This document shows positions 51,406 through 64,000 of a stretch of DNA of 64,000 bases, piece after piece. The stretch covers positions 2,211,945 through 2,275,944 of the forward strand of contig JBNZDD010013651.1 of the NCBI GenBank assembly GCA_050575255.1. Reading direction: 5' to 3'. The stretch's first letter is position 1; each line of letters starts with the position of its first letter. The notes under the pieces were generated by a model. The model had not been told where the DNA came from, did no database searches, and was given only the letters and a program-made list of their open reading frames with translations. The translations under genes were made by a program, and so were the position numbers. This DNA is from Harriotta raleighana. Taxonomy: Eukaryota.

Positions 51406-54400
51406 GTGGGTACATTTGTGAGTGAAAGAAAGGTTTATAAAATAGTTTAAAGGAGAATATAGGAAGTGAGTCAGTCTAATTTTCCTCTTTGCTTCCCTTT
51501 CATTTTACCGAACATTTTACTGTGTACAAATTGGCTACTACTTTCACCTTCAAATACAGTCACTACACACAATGGAAACTTCAAGCACATTAATACTATT
51601 TGACATAAGGTGCTCAAATAATCGGTGTATTTGAATAGTGTCTTTCACATCAGGGGGATGAAACAAAATGCTTTGAAGGATGTACTGTGAACTGAAGTGA
51701 ATGTATGTTTTGTAGGAAAATGTCAGTATTTAAACAATTTTCCTCTTTTCTTAAGTGTAACTTGTGCTAAAGTATAGATGATCCAAGGGTGTTGGTAGCT
51801 TTCTGATAATTCACTTAAGAAAGCCATTCTCTTATGTAAGTGCTAATAGTGAATGTCAATGTCTCTTTATTTCACTTGGGAGAAGGATGACTGAATCCAG
51901 CCTTCAGCTCCCAGAGTTTGACTTTCCTAAAGAGCGGAGTGGGAACTTTGCATGTTTTTCTGTCACACCTTTAACTTCAGTATTGATTTTGGGTGTTCTT
52001 TATTACCTAAGCTTGTTTCACCAGATGGTATTTTACAATCTCCATAATCTTAAATGCTATTGTGATCTTTACACTGCAAACCACAAGTAGAGCTATCTGT
52101 ACTGATGTTGTCCAATACAAAATGAGGACATGACATCTCCATCCTGTGATCATGTAATCACTTTGAGGAGATGAGACATCTGATCTTTTGTTCTCCTTTG
52201 AGAAACAGAAGATTGTATCCTTTCTCTATATTTTTAACTTTTAGAATGACTTCTTTGAAGGAACTAACCAATTGCCAAGTCATCCCAAATGCAATACGAT
52301 TAGCCCATTGTCTTCAGTATGTGTGATCCTAATTGGTGAATAAACTATTAATAGGCTATAAGGCAAATACGACCTTTGAGCTCAAGTAAACTAAACGCCC
52401 TGAGTATGTTGATGGGTTGACCATACTTTCAATTTTTTATTTGTATATACTGTAGTTTCTTTTAACTTTTTTTTGCAATGTTACTACTACTATTATGGCA
52501 GCATTTGTTTGTGCGTTTCTGTATTGTACACAAAGCACTTCACAGAACGTACCGTAAAGTGGATTGACTATATTTTTGTGGGTGAAACATTACAAATGGC
52601 TTACGATGGTTTGTAAATACACGTTACAAATACAGACATGTGGTTAATGTAGAGGTACTCCATCTATTTCATTCTATAGCCCAAAAGCTACTGTGTGCTA
52701 ACAGAAAATAAGGGAATCAGCCATTTCAATCTTGTCTGGTCCATTCTCGATTATCTATGTTGTTTTTCACTTCTACATCTTGGGCAGAAGCTTGGAAAAG
52801 CTTCTTCCATATACTTGCTCCATTTTTCATTCATCTCAACAAAGAATCTGAACAAGTTCTGTTAAAAAAGTAATCTTAAGAATTGTATCTAATTGTCCCA
52901 CCTTAATGCCATACATTATTATGTTCTGGTTAGTATGAAATGTAGCCCCACATCCAGGTTTCCATTTTCAAAAATCACACTGCTGTAGCTGCAGATTTCT
53001 ACTGCAAAATGACATTACAGCATTTACCCAGTTTGACGCTCCTACTTCTTCCTGTGCAAAAACCATTAAGTAGCAAAGGTGGTGAGCCTAGAAAAGCCAA
53101 ACCCAAGATTAATCCAATTTATTTTTAAAAAAAAGAGATGTATTGTTTTTCAGATAAAACAGATTGTTATTTTCAAGTTTCATCTAGGATTTGCAATCCA
53201 AATTATTTTCACCTAGAATTTTTTTCCAAAACTTGATTTGATACAATTCAGTATGGTTTACATTTTCTGCAGTCTTGCTGTGTCTAATATAAAACTGAAA
53301 GACAGAAAAGGGACTTCAGCTTCAACAGTGGTTGTATTCTTCTAGGTTCTATATATATCAATGGCCTAATATGAGGCAGGCTTTATGTTAGAGAGCACAC
53401 TTCAGTACTTGACTCTAATCCAGTCCTGTTCTAAGTGTTCTGTATCATGCTGCTGCTGTGGAAACCCCTCCTCGTACCATTGCCTTCAGTTATTCAGAGC
53501 ATTCTGTAGTTGACAGTGATTTGTGACTTGGGCTGTTTGCTGTATAATTATGATGGGATTTTTAAAAAATCAAATCTAACTCAGCACAATTACTGCAATT
53601 TTCTAAATCTCATATGAAAGCCTGAAATATAAACTTCTGCTGCCCCTCTTTTGCATTTTTAACCACTAAATCTGCTTTTTTTATTCTTTAAGATGTTTCT
53701 TTATTGTATAATTTTCTAATACTGTAGTTTGTTTCAATATTTGAGCAAGGTTTTCTCTATGTAGATACTTGATCTTATGTTATTGAAGGGATTACTGAAT
53801 GTATTAAACATTCAGACCCAGTGGATGGTACAAACCTCAGGCATAGACCTTGGGTTATGCAGAGCATTGCTACTAACTGAGGGATTCAAGACCTGTTCGT
53901 TCAATGCTTGACATTTTCTCATTGGGACAAGTAAACGAAAAGGGCAGTGAGATGGAGATGAAGTGCACATCTTTTTTGAAGAAGCTAATCAGACCCTTTG
54001 CACCTTGAATTATGAGTTATGTTTATTTGAAATATTGAAGGCATCAGACATGCCACTTAGAGATTTCAAGGTTCAAAACCTTACTTGATCTGCAAACCGT
54101 TTCCAACTGCATTGCAAAAGGTCAAGAATGAATTATTTTCTGAACGTAAACAATTCAAATGTAATTTTTTTTCATCATAATAGTTTTTTGCTCAAGTTTG
54201 TGAAATTGTATAATGTTGCTTGAAGAGAGAGTAACTTATGGTGGTTCTATATTGCTGAAATATTAAAATGGAGAGAGTTGATAGCATAATCCCCGTTTTT
54301 CATTTCTGAGATCCGAATCCAGAGATTGCATCCAAATACTCCACAGACCATTGAGACAAAACAAAATCCTCTCTTCTGGCTTTAAGGCTTCTTATGTAAA

Positions 54401-54589
54401 AAAAAAATTTAGATTGACACTCAGCACGATTTACTCTGAAAAATACTAAGGATGGTTAGCGTGGGAGGTGTAGAATCTATCATGATTATGGGTGAAGTTA
54501 CAGCACATCAGTATTTTTATATATAGCATTTTAAACCTCTCATTTTTCTATAACAGTGTGAAGAAAAGAGGAAATGTTTTAATGTGTAT

Positions 54590-54755
54590 GTAAACATTGG
54601 GGAATGGAGACTGGGGAATTCTTAATCCTGAGTGCCAGAGTGTTCCTATTGCCTGCCATTGACATCTCTCTCCCGATGACTGGAAATATTTTTGAGAAAA
54701 CTCAATGAGCTGAATGGTCTCCTTTCTGTGCTGTGTAATTCTATGATTCTATGTA
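54590..54755 (+). mobile_element. CR1-like LINE 3' end
   Basis: gagctgaatggtctcctttctgtgctgtgtaattctatgattctatg tail. Confidence 0.6.
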
Positions 54756-55797
54756 GTGAATTTTGTTTTGTTACTGAATTCTTTTAAAAAAAATTATAAT
54801 GCTTACATTTACCTCTTGAGTGGTGCTGCAGGAAGTCAATGCCTCTCGTCTAGTAAATATTTCAGTTTATAGCATATTTTTAAATATCTCTTAAGAATAT
54901 TGTGATATTGTTTTCTTTTATAATATTCTGAATTTTTATAGCTATTCATAGGCTTTAAGTAACCTCATTCCTGTTGTGTGTGTTGTGATGTAAATAAAAG
55001 TGTTAATTCATTAAGCTGCTGTTGGTTTTGTAAATCCATTCACCCCATTGCAGTTATTGTTGCTCATAAATGTAAATTTAAAGGAATCTTGCTTGATTTT
55101 GGCAGGTTTGCTTGAAATTATAATTAGAGGGGCCAGTAAATATTCCAAGAATCGCAACTCAAATGTTGTATGTTAATTAAAGTTATGGTTAATATTTGCA
55201 AATAATACACAAATATGTTTCCAGTAAAAACTTTCAACTTTTAAATGAAATACATATTTGAGAGAACAGTAAATACTAATATTCAGGGCTGAAGTGAAAC
55301 CAATAGTTGGCATAAAGTTGGATGTTACAATTTGCATCCCTTTTAGATCCTATGGTGAGGGGGAAAACAATTGCTGTTCCCTTATGAATGAGTTTTTCTC
55401 TGTGATGCACTGTAATTAGACTTCGAAAGTGGATCTCCCTGGTGACACTGGTAAAGGCTTCACCTCAATCCAGAAACTTTCAATAGGTTTTTTTCTAGAA
55501 TGTGGAAGTCAACCTGAATCAGGAAATTAAGACAAAAAAACAGAGCCCCTCTCTTTTTTAATGTTTGTTTTTCGTCTAGAATTTTAAGCATTCTCATTAA
55601 ACAGTTTGAATGCTCCTAGACTGGAATCGGGTGAAAGTTACAAAAGTCAAAGTATAAATGTCGAGGGATTTTAACTTTGAATGACACCTCTTAAACTTTG
55701 CAGCAGAATCTATCAAAATAATCTCTCCTGTTATTTCTCATTTGTTTTGTCTGTACTTATTCTGTTTCTGTTTGTGCCTACCTATTGTGTCATATAG

Positions 55798-55893
55798 AGC
55801 AGATGCTAGCATGCTCGCTTGTTTCCATGCCTGAGAGGGAGGTCTGTAGAGACAGCACAGCCCTGCCGAGCCCTAGTGCACGGCTCCAGTCAG
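55798..55893 (+). CDS. SPAST: Spastin exon 4 (EQMLACSLVSMPEREVCRDSTALPSPSARLQS); gene continues beyond the window
   Basis: 96 nt, phase 1/1, long polypyrimidine tract plus tag| and TCAG|gtgggt. Same length and ExM...DST.L....LQS pattern as human exon 4. Confidence 0.85.
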
Positions 55894-57148
55894 GTGGGTT
55901 TCCGATGGCCAACAAAACGATAGTCTCTTTGTTGGATGACAAACAATTTGATTTTAAAATATGTGTTCAGTAGGATTGTGTTGCAGATATTATGCACGTT
56001 ATGTGATTATGTGAGCCATTAAGGAGTGATGCCGAATGGTAAGAATGCATTTGTGTGGTTTGGAGGAATTCTTGTCAGGCGACAAGATATCTTTGGGCCA
56101 CTAATTTATTGATTGGGCTATGTTCCTCTCGTTTTGTTTTGCTAAGATCTGCAAAGGATTGTGTGGAATATAGAATTGCCTATTAACTTGCAAGTTACTG
56201 TTAACAAATTAGTATTCTTCATTTAACCATTGCAAATTCTATTTCATGGAAACATATTTCACTGTGGATTTCATATTTTTCTAAACATCCTCATGCATGT
56301 TTTGGGATATATATTTGGGGGTATATATATAAGTATGTATATATTAGATATACACATATATATGCATGGTTACATGCATGTTTATGTATTATAATGAATG
56401 CACACAATACATGGCAATGTATGTATGCACATACTTTGTATTCCACTTGCATGTATATTAGAGAGAATATCTGTTGAGCATATCATTATTTTTTAAAAAA
56501 GTATTGCCAGAAACTATTTCACTTCACACAGCTCCAGCCTGTGTAGTTCAATATTGTGATAAAAGTTAACACACTCTTAAAATATATGTTATAAATATAT
56601 TCAAAGCTTTATATACTGTATCTGCAAAGCCCTAAAATGGATGAAATGTAATTTAAGAGTCTATGCTTACAGAAAATGATGAGGCTCATTCTTTATTTAA
56701 AAGATGCAAGGCTCTGGCTAATGTTTTCCGAAAGCCTGTAAATATTGAGTTGAACCCAAGACCAGTTGAGGTCATACTCCTGATTTATTCCATGTAAACA
56801 TATGTAGTTTAATATTGCTAATGGAAAACTAATCAGAGAATCAGTGTTTGTTAAAAAAGCATGGAGGCAAACGTTGAGAGCATTAGTGTTTAGAAGCAAT
56901 AGCTCATGATTTACAATTCTAATGGAATTNAACATATGTAGTTTAATATTGCTAATGGAAAACTGATCAGAGAATCAGTGTTTGTTAAAAAAGCATGGAG
57001 GCAAACGTTGAGGGCATTAGTGTTTAGAAGCAATAGCTCATGATTTACAATTCTAATGGAATTATTTGACATAGAAATCACTGGTGAACAGATCCAATGA
57101 ATAGATACTTAGAATTTCACATATCTGTTGTATTAGGCTTTTGAAATA

Positions 57149-58418
57149 CAATAAAACCTTGTTTATCCGTGACTCAAATAATCGGAAACCCGTTCAACCG
57201 CTGCCTCAATTTTTTTTTAAATTCCCAATCCGACTAACCGGAAGTTATCCAGCGACGCGTTGAATGTCGAGTCTAAACTCGTTCTGGGTCCTTTTAAAAC
57301 TTGCTGTTTTTATTTTACCTTGTTCGCATGGATGAGTGAGTGTCTGTCGTTGGGAAGGTAAGTACTGAATAGTTACTAAATACTGCTGTAGGTAGCGGCC
57401 AGAGAGAAAGGGAGAGAGGGGAGGGGGAGGGAAGGGAGGGGAAGAAACGGAGAGAGGGAGGGGGGGGGAATGGAGGGAGGGGAATGGAGAGAGAGAGGGA
57501 GGGGGGAATAGAGAGAGAGGGAGGGGGGAATGGAGAGAGAGAGGGGGGGNGTGAGTGTCTGTCGTTGGGAAGGTAAGTACTGAATAGTTACTAAATACTG
57601 CTGTAGGTAGCGGCCAGAGAGAAAGGGAGAGAGGGGAGGGGGAGGGAAGGGAGGGGAAGAAACGGGAGAGAGGGAGTGGGGGGGAATGGAGGGAGGGGAA
57701 TGGAGAGAGAGAGGGAGGGGGGAATAGAGAGAGAGAGAGAGAGAGGGAGGTGGGAATGGAGAGAGAGGGGGGGGGAATGAGATATGGGGAAAGGGAGAGA
57801 GAGAGAGATAGAAGAAAGCATAATGGAGTGAGAGAGAGAGAAATGGCAGACAGGGCTGCAGAGAGAGGGAGGGGGAGAGATAAAGGAAGGGGGACGACGA
57901 CAGAATTTATTTGATGGATTCAGACTGAATATCTTTAAGGGTCTGTGTCTGTCTGTATGACTGTGTGTGTGTGTCTGTCTGTCTGTGTGTGCTGGCCGTT
58001 AGGTCTAAACTTGTTGCTTTTTAAAGTCGCGTTTTTTACCTCCCGTCGAATCAGTGCTACAATTGCGAAGTTAAGTATAAACAATAATGTACTAATAGAN
58101 ATGTGTGTGTGTGTGTGTCTGTATGACTATGTGTGTGTGTGTGTCTGTCTGTCTGTGTGTGCTGGCCGTTAGGTCTAAACTTGTTGCTTTTTAAAGTCGC
58201 GTTTTTTACCTCCCGTCGAATCAGTGCTACAATTGCGAAGTTAAGTATAAACAATAATGTACTAATAGAATATTCTGTTATTATTTAGTCTATATAATAT
58301 GGAATGTGTTAAAATAATGTAAAAAAAAATATTTTAAAAAAAAATCTGTTCAACCAGAAAAAACATTTAACCTCCACTGGCCAGGTCCCGTGTGTGCCGG
58401 ATAAACAAGGTTTTACTG
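57149..58418. mobile_element. Family B-related Tc1/mariner-type element with internal GA-rich tract
   Basis: TIRs CAATAAAACCTTGTTTATCCG / CGGATAAACAAGGTTTTACTG with TA flanks. Length is inflated by n-join duplications. Confidence 0.85.
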
Positions 58419-58987
58419 TAAATTGTTTGGAAATTGAGCTAGAGTTTGAAATCTGATAATAATAAAATGCGATCTGTTCTTGGTTGTGTGTGGTTTATAC
58501 TGGATGATTATGCTGTTCCTTTTTTGTGCACTGAAGTTGTCACAGGAAGGCCAGTCCTAGCTAGTATTTGCAATTTCAACTTTACTGAATTCGCCAAATA
58601 GGTGGCGGTTTGACTGTGTGCAGTTGAGATTAGTGGTTAAAACATCTGAGAAATTAAGTAGTGAAAGGTGGAATGCAATCAGTATAGTTTTAATAAGTAG
58701 CTAGCAGTTAGTTGGACTGATGTTGTTAGGTAACAACACTCAACATTGGACATGTATCTGTCGGTGTACATTTGCTTTGCTGACTGAGTCACTGAAAAAT
58801 GGCTTGATCGTCATGGATTCTGAACACTAGTCACTTGGAAATGTCGCCAGGCTTTTGTTTTGATTTTGTTTATTGCTGTCTCGCACTATATATATTATAT
58901 ATACATATATATATATATACACACACACTATATATATACTATATATATAGATAGATATAGATAGATATAGATAAATATGTATATATA

Positions 58988-61037
58988 CAGTAAAAGCCCA
59001 TTTATCCAGCACCCTCGGGACCTGGCCAACTGGTTAAACGGCATGCCGGATATTCGGCCGAAAACCCCCCCCAAAAAAATTAACTTTTTTTTTAAACATA
59101 CCATATTAATAATAGACTAAATAATAACAGAATAGTGTATGGATACTTACCAATAAAACAATAAATATCGATTACAGTTTATAAATACAGTTAACCCTCA
59201 TCAATCGCTAGGGTTACGTTCCTGGCAAACTGCGCACTCAACAAAATCGCATTGGAGAAACTTAAGTAATGGGAAAAGGAGGGGTTAGGGGAATCTAGAC
59301 ACAGGCTACCCACTTCAAGCCTCTGGCACATTCGACACAAGGTACCCACTGAGGCGGGCTACAGCTGGCTGGCCCACTCCTTGCTCTGCCCGCCTTTCCT
59401 CGCTCTTGTTGCTCCGCCCCCGACACTCTTCCTGCTCTCGTCTCCCCTACTGCCCAGTAAGTGGGCAAATCAGCCCGGGAGGGAGGCAGAGAGAAATCGG
59501 GGAGAGCGGCAGGCGGGGTGGGAGGGGGAGGAACAGAGAACCGCTCGGAGGCGGGGGGAAGGAACTCGCTGAGGTGCAGGCCAGTGAGCCGATCGGGGAC
59601 GTGGGGGGACTCACTGAGGTCCGGGCCAGCGAGCTGATCGGGGGCGTAGGGGACTCGCTGAGGTGCGGGCCTGCGAGCCAACCGGAGACGCAGGGGACTC
59701 GCTGAGGTGCGGGGTGGTGTGGCCAGCGAGCCGATCGGAGGCAGCGGGGGGAACTCAGGGAGGTGTGGGCCAGGGAGCCGATCGGAGGCGGGGGCGCAGG
59801 ACTCGGGGAGGCGCGGGCCAACGAGCCAATTGGAGGCGGAATGGGGGGAGGGGGGGACTCGCTGAGGTGTGAGCCGCTTGGAGAGTGCTGGGGACAGGAG
59901 ACACAGAAAGGTTACAGCGGCTTTGTTATCGCTTTATTACTATAATAATGTGATAACAAACCAGTAAAGCAATAAAAAATGCAATAGAACAACAGGGTAG
60001 ATTAGCCTACATTACTGTACGATCCTGTCTCTCTCTGTCTTGTTTACAATGCAACGCAATAAAATTCTCCGAGGCTAAATTCCATCTGGGTATTCTATTT
60101 ACCCAGAATGCACTGCACGCGGGGTTTTGGCTTTAGTTGGGATCTGCCGGCCTCGTCAAAAACCTACATGCGCGTGGGACCAGCCAGCTGAGGAATCATT
60201 GGATTTAGTCAGGAGCTATCGGCGTCTTCACCCATGCGCATGCGCGCAGGGACCAGCCAGCACGTATACACAAGTTTCACGAACGCTTCACAAAAAAGTT
60301 ATGCTTTTGTTTCGTTGCGCATACTTGAATTCGCAATCGATAAAGTCGCCTTTGACGAGGGTTAACTGTACAGCACACAATCACAAAGCAAACTTCTACA
60401 ATGGCGGACAGTGGTGGCTTAAAGCGACAATGTCGGTTTTTCCTCTTTTTTTCTTTCTCTCCCTCCTCTCTTTCAGACAAAGTTTGGCATCTCAATGGCT
60501 CCAAACTCAACCCCCCTCCACTCCTCATTTTCTATCTAAATTAATCAACTCACCCCGACTCTCTCTCCCTCCTCATCTCCCCCACCTCTATCTCCCTCTC
60601 CCACTCCTCTCTCTTCCCTCCCCCCTTTGCCTCTCTTCCCCTCCATTCATTCTCTCCCTGCCCCTCTCCTTCTCCCACCCCCCACCAAAACAGTGTATAA
60701 TCCGACGATATAGTCGGGCTACACAGGCAATACGTGGTATCCATCAGAGAGAGAGGGAAAGAAAGGGAAAGAGGTAGAAAGAGAGTTAGAGAGGAAGGAA
60801 GGAGACGGAGAGAAAGAAAGAAAAAGAGGGAGAGAGAGAAAAAGAAGAGAGGAAGTGCCAGTACCAGCAGCATTCAGAACTAATCGTGCTGTACTCTCGT
60901 GCGACAATTGACTCATTAAATGCACCTCCAAAATTGTGCCAGATAAGATCCGGTTATTTGAAAGGGGTCCTCTTTTTGAGGTGCTGGTTATATGGAAGTT
61001 ACGGTTGATTGAATCACAGATAAATGGGCTTTTACTG
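58988..61037. mobile_element. Family B-related Tc1/mariner-type element in a (TA)n tract, containing a nested family A element
   Basis: Perfect 19-bp TIR CAGTAAAAGCCCATTTATC / GATAAATGGGCTTTTACTG. Confidence 0.88.
59188..60368. mobile_element. Family A Tc1/mariner (Tigger-like) element, copy 2 (nested)
   Basis: TA|CAGTTAACCCTC ... GAGGGTTAACTG|TA. Homologous to 3214-4185, with an expanded internal GC-rich ~39-bp repeat. Confidence 0.9.
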
Positions 61038-61409
61038 TGTGTGTGTATATATATATAGTGGACTGTACAATATATATGTATTGTGGACTGTGTCTATCTC
61101 CTACTTTTATTTGGGAATGATCAGCCTGGTTGCATATTCAGAAATGGTGTAATTCACTACCTCTTGGGTCTCAAATTGAAGCCAATAACAGTGTTATCTT
61201 CTAAGACATTTGCACACAGCCATAGGCTCATAGGGTAGAATCATTGATGAATGGGCTAAGCTTTCATTGCAATAGAGGGATTGGGTGATTGAGTCTGAAA
61301 GATCCTTAGGTAAATGGCATGTGAAATACTGTATTAATAAACATGCCACAAGCTCTCAAATGGAACATGATATTTGTGGACCTACAGTCTAACATATTAC
61401 AGACATTTC

Positions 61410-61665
61410 ACAACAGATGGGATGTCACTGAGAATGAATGCCAGTGAACAAATGTTTTCCACTTTAAATTGTAAGCTCTGTTAGTGCTTGTCGGGTTGCA
61501 TAAAATGTCTTGATAATCTAACGTGCTGTTGATCATAAAAGTGCTGGGTTTGGCTGATGCAAACCATCTGGCATTTTGCAGGAGGATTGGAGATCTGCTT
61601 CTCATAATGGCGAGATAGTAACTGCAATACCTGGGCAGTAGATCTGTGAACCATGTGGCTTTCAA
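61410..61665 (-). mobile_element. Possible DIRS-like (tyrosine-recombinase retrotransposon) remnant
   Basis: Peptides WFTDLL, LHQPNP.LL and STNRAYNLKWKTFVHW resemble the DIRS pol end and recombinase N-terminus. Recognised from memory only. Confidence 0.4.
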
Positions 61666-62232
61666 GACAAATAATCAGTTACCAAAAATGTAACTATTTC
61701 TGTATGCTATTTCCAATTTCTGTATTATTTTCCGTTCCCTCTCTGCCTGTAGCCACCCCCTCTCCATACCACATTCTTTAGTCATTGCATCTCAGATGCC
61801 GCTGGCATCTGTGTGATCGGTTTGACTGATTTTTGGGGGAAGAGGTTTCACAGCCAAACCCTGTTTTGTCCACAAACGTGTTTCTTCAGCAGCACGCTCT
61901 AGATAAGAATTGAGAGTAAGAATCCAGGCTGTTTCTTCCCCATCTCTGGTCTCTGATGCTAAAACTAATGAGGGCTATCCCCACCTCTCCCATTCAGCTA
62001 ACTAAATGCACAACAGAAATTAAATCTGGATCTCTCTATTCTGCAGATAAATATGATGAAGTATCAGGGGAGCTATGAGCTTAAAGAGAAGGATGACCCA
62101 AGTGTTCACTAGTTTTATCTACTGTATTTAGAAAGTAGATATGCCTCTTAAATACCCATTTTTTACACTATATTTAGTGAACTTCAACCCTTTAGGCAAT
62201 GATGTACAAACGGTCACTTCACTTGAAACAGA

Positions 62233-63312
62233 TGTTGGGATTTATCAATCCCGAGAGTTCAAAATAATAACCCAACAATCCTTAATAAAAGTATAGTAAT
62301 TTATTGATGGCAAGCAATTTTAGAATGATAGAATAAAAGAGTAAATAATCATAACACCAGTTCTATGTAGAATACAATGCTGGATTCAGTAAGTAAGATT
62401 CTGGCTTCTCACAATACTCACCCTCTCTGTCCATATCTCTGCTCTACCCTTTCTCTGATGGTACCCCAATTATACTGTATTCCATTCTCTAACTGACCCT
62501 TACCTGTCTTTAAACAGAACAACTGGAACCATGACCCATTCCAGTAGTTCTGGACAACAGTGGAAGGCTGGAGATCTCAGTTTACCCTGAAGCACTCCCC
62601 AACTGTTGTAATGAGCCACTCTTTCACCCCTATCTTTATACTTCTCCAATAGCCTCATCATAACTAACTCAGCCAGTTGATCACTTGAACATTGTCCAGA
62701 AGCGATATCAAAACCAGGCAATTAAAAGGCCAGATTTGTAGGGAGTTGTTCGCCTCCTTTTTTTCCCCAGACATTGAGATAGGTTTCCTGCTACTCATTT
62801 GGCAATTACCCAAAGCTGTGTCTAGTTATACCTTCTTTCTAGCTTGAAGTCCCCTCCACAATACTCGTTCTGCACGTATTAGTTCTGATTAATGATTGGC
62901 CTGGTGACAGGCTAGCTAGTATTGATAAGGTCATCTTTTATCCTGCCTCATGTACGAATTGAACCTTTACTCCCCAATATCCTCCCGAGTGAACCAGATC
63001 ATTCGTACATTCCTTTGTGCCTTTGTTAATTGAGTCATCTGTCCCTATCTATATCTTGAGCCTGCTCTCCTTCAATTCTTTATTCATCCTAGAAGCTATT
63101 GATGTTATTGCGCCCCTTGATTATTGGCATGGACCAGTACCCAAGGTTGATTTAGCGGAGAGGAATGTGCATCTGGTATTTTGTGTTGACAAGTTCTTTT
63201 TTCCTTTTGCTCAAGGTTGCTGACCATGCCTGTGTTGTGAATAGATTGTTTTAATTGGTGCCTGATTGGAACAAATTATAGTAGTAATTTTTAATACCCC
63301 CATATCCCAACA
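62233..63312 (-). mobile_element. Probable solo LTR (1080 bp)
   Basis: TG...CA ends with a 9-bp inverted terminus TGTTGGGAT / ATCCCAACA; flanking AGAT repeat; - strand TATAAA (62635-62640) and AATAAA (62300-62305). Confidence 0.6.
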
Positions 63313-63398
63313 AGATGTTCATAATCCTTGAATCACAATGAGCCAGCAATTGAGACAAGGACTGCAGTTAGCTCAGTTGCATTTATTGGTGAGATGAG

Positions 63399-63681
63399 GG
63401 AGTCCTGTAGCTCAGTGGTTAGAGCACTTGCCTTACAAGCAAGACCTGTATTCGAATCCAGGCAGGTCAGGGCGAAATCAGGGGCATGTTTCCTTACTCC
63501 ATATGCCAAATATAATCCCTCCAAGAGGGATTATAAAATTGGTCATTTCAAACCATGTTTGTGTGACTCTGCTGTATGCAATTGGCTGCCGCGTTTCACC
63601 CACAAATATAGACAATCAATTTACTTTACAGTACATTCTTTGAAGTGCTTTGAGATGTCTAGAAGACGTGAAATGGCGCTA
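63399..63681 (+). mobile_element. tRNA-derived SINE with its tail interrupted by a MITE
   Basis: GGAGTCCTGTAGCTCAGTGGTTAGAGC head, TTCGAATCC B box, core, tail up to GGCGCTA. Confidence 0.9.
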
Positions 63682-64000
63682 CAGTAGAACCTCATTTATC
63701 TGTGACTCGAATAATCGGAAAACCCGTTCAACCGCCACCTCAAAAAAAAAGACCCGGTCCAACTAACCGGAAGTTATCCGGCGACGCATTGAATGTTGGG
63801 TCTAAATTCGTTCCGGGTCCTTTTAAAACTCGCGGTTTTTATTTTACCTCGTTCGCATGAATGAGTGCCTGGTTGTTGGGAAGGTAAGTACTGTGAACTG
63901 CTACAGGTAAAGGCCAGAGAGAGAGAGAGAGGGAGGGAGGGTGAAGGAAGGGGGAAGGGGGGGAGGAAACGGAGAGAGAGAGGGGGAGGGGGTGGAATGG
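63682..64000. mobile_element. Family B-related Tc1/mariner-type element (truncated by the window edge)
   Basis: TA|CAGTAGAACCTCATTTATC start. The sequence parallels 57149-57500. Confidence 0.85.

Noticed and set aside
59560-59880. Regularly spaced ~39-bp repeats resembling a CRISPR array
   Set aside because: These are tandem degenerate units without unique spacers, inside a eukaryotic transposon, with no cas genes.
60127-60931. 216-aa ORF and neighbouring ORFs
   Set aside because: They cross a MITE boundary into CT/GA low-complexity sequence and show no recognisable domain.
63399-63470. tRNA-like sequence with A and B boxes (also at 17201 and 16871)
   Set aside because: It continues into a SINE core and tail and is dispersed in many diverged copies, so it is a SINE head rather than a tRNA gene.

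Overview
This is vertebrate genomic DNA, not prokaryotic. The repeat content (L2/CR1 LINEs, tRNA-headed Deu-domain-like SINEs) suggests a cartilaginous fish, possibly a chimaera; that assignment is inference. The sequence is a draft assembly with 18 single-'n' contig joins and one 241-N gap. Three spliced genes were reconstructed by hand with GT-AG boundaries and consistent phases. (1) Complete presenilin-2 (PSEN2): + strand, 10 coding exons, 8772-20046, 460 aa, with YD, GLGD and PAL motifs intact. (2) Complete DPY30: - strand, 5 coding exons, 32796-25926, 106 aa, tail-to-tail with PSEN2. (3) The first four exons of spastin (SPAST): + strand from 38867, head-to-head with DPY30, continuing beyond the window. 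The remainder is intronic or intergenic and rich in L2 fragments, SINEs, TA-targeting Tc1/mariner-type MITEs (one nested inside another), a probable solo LTR, a DIRS-like remnant, a small Penelope-like insertion and satellites. I found no convincing new multi-gene system. The best leads are an overlapping uORF and leaky-scanning architecture at the SPAST start, covarying LINE/SINE tail hairpins, a probable heterozygous L2 insertion, a templated 99-bp insertion near a catalytic PSEN2 exon, and alternative in-frame splice acceptors. Repeat boundaries are approximate.
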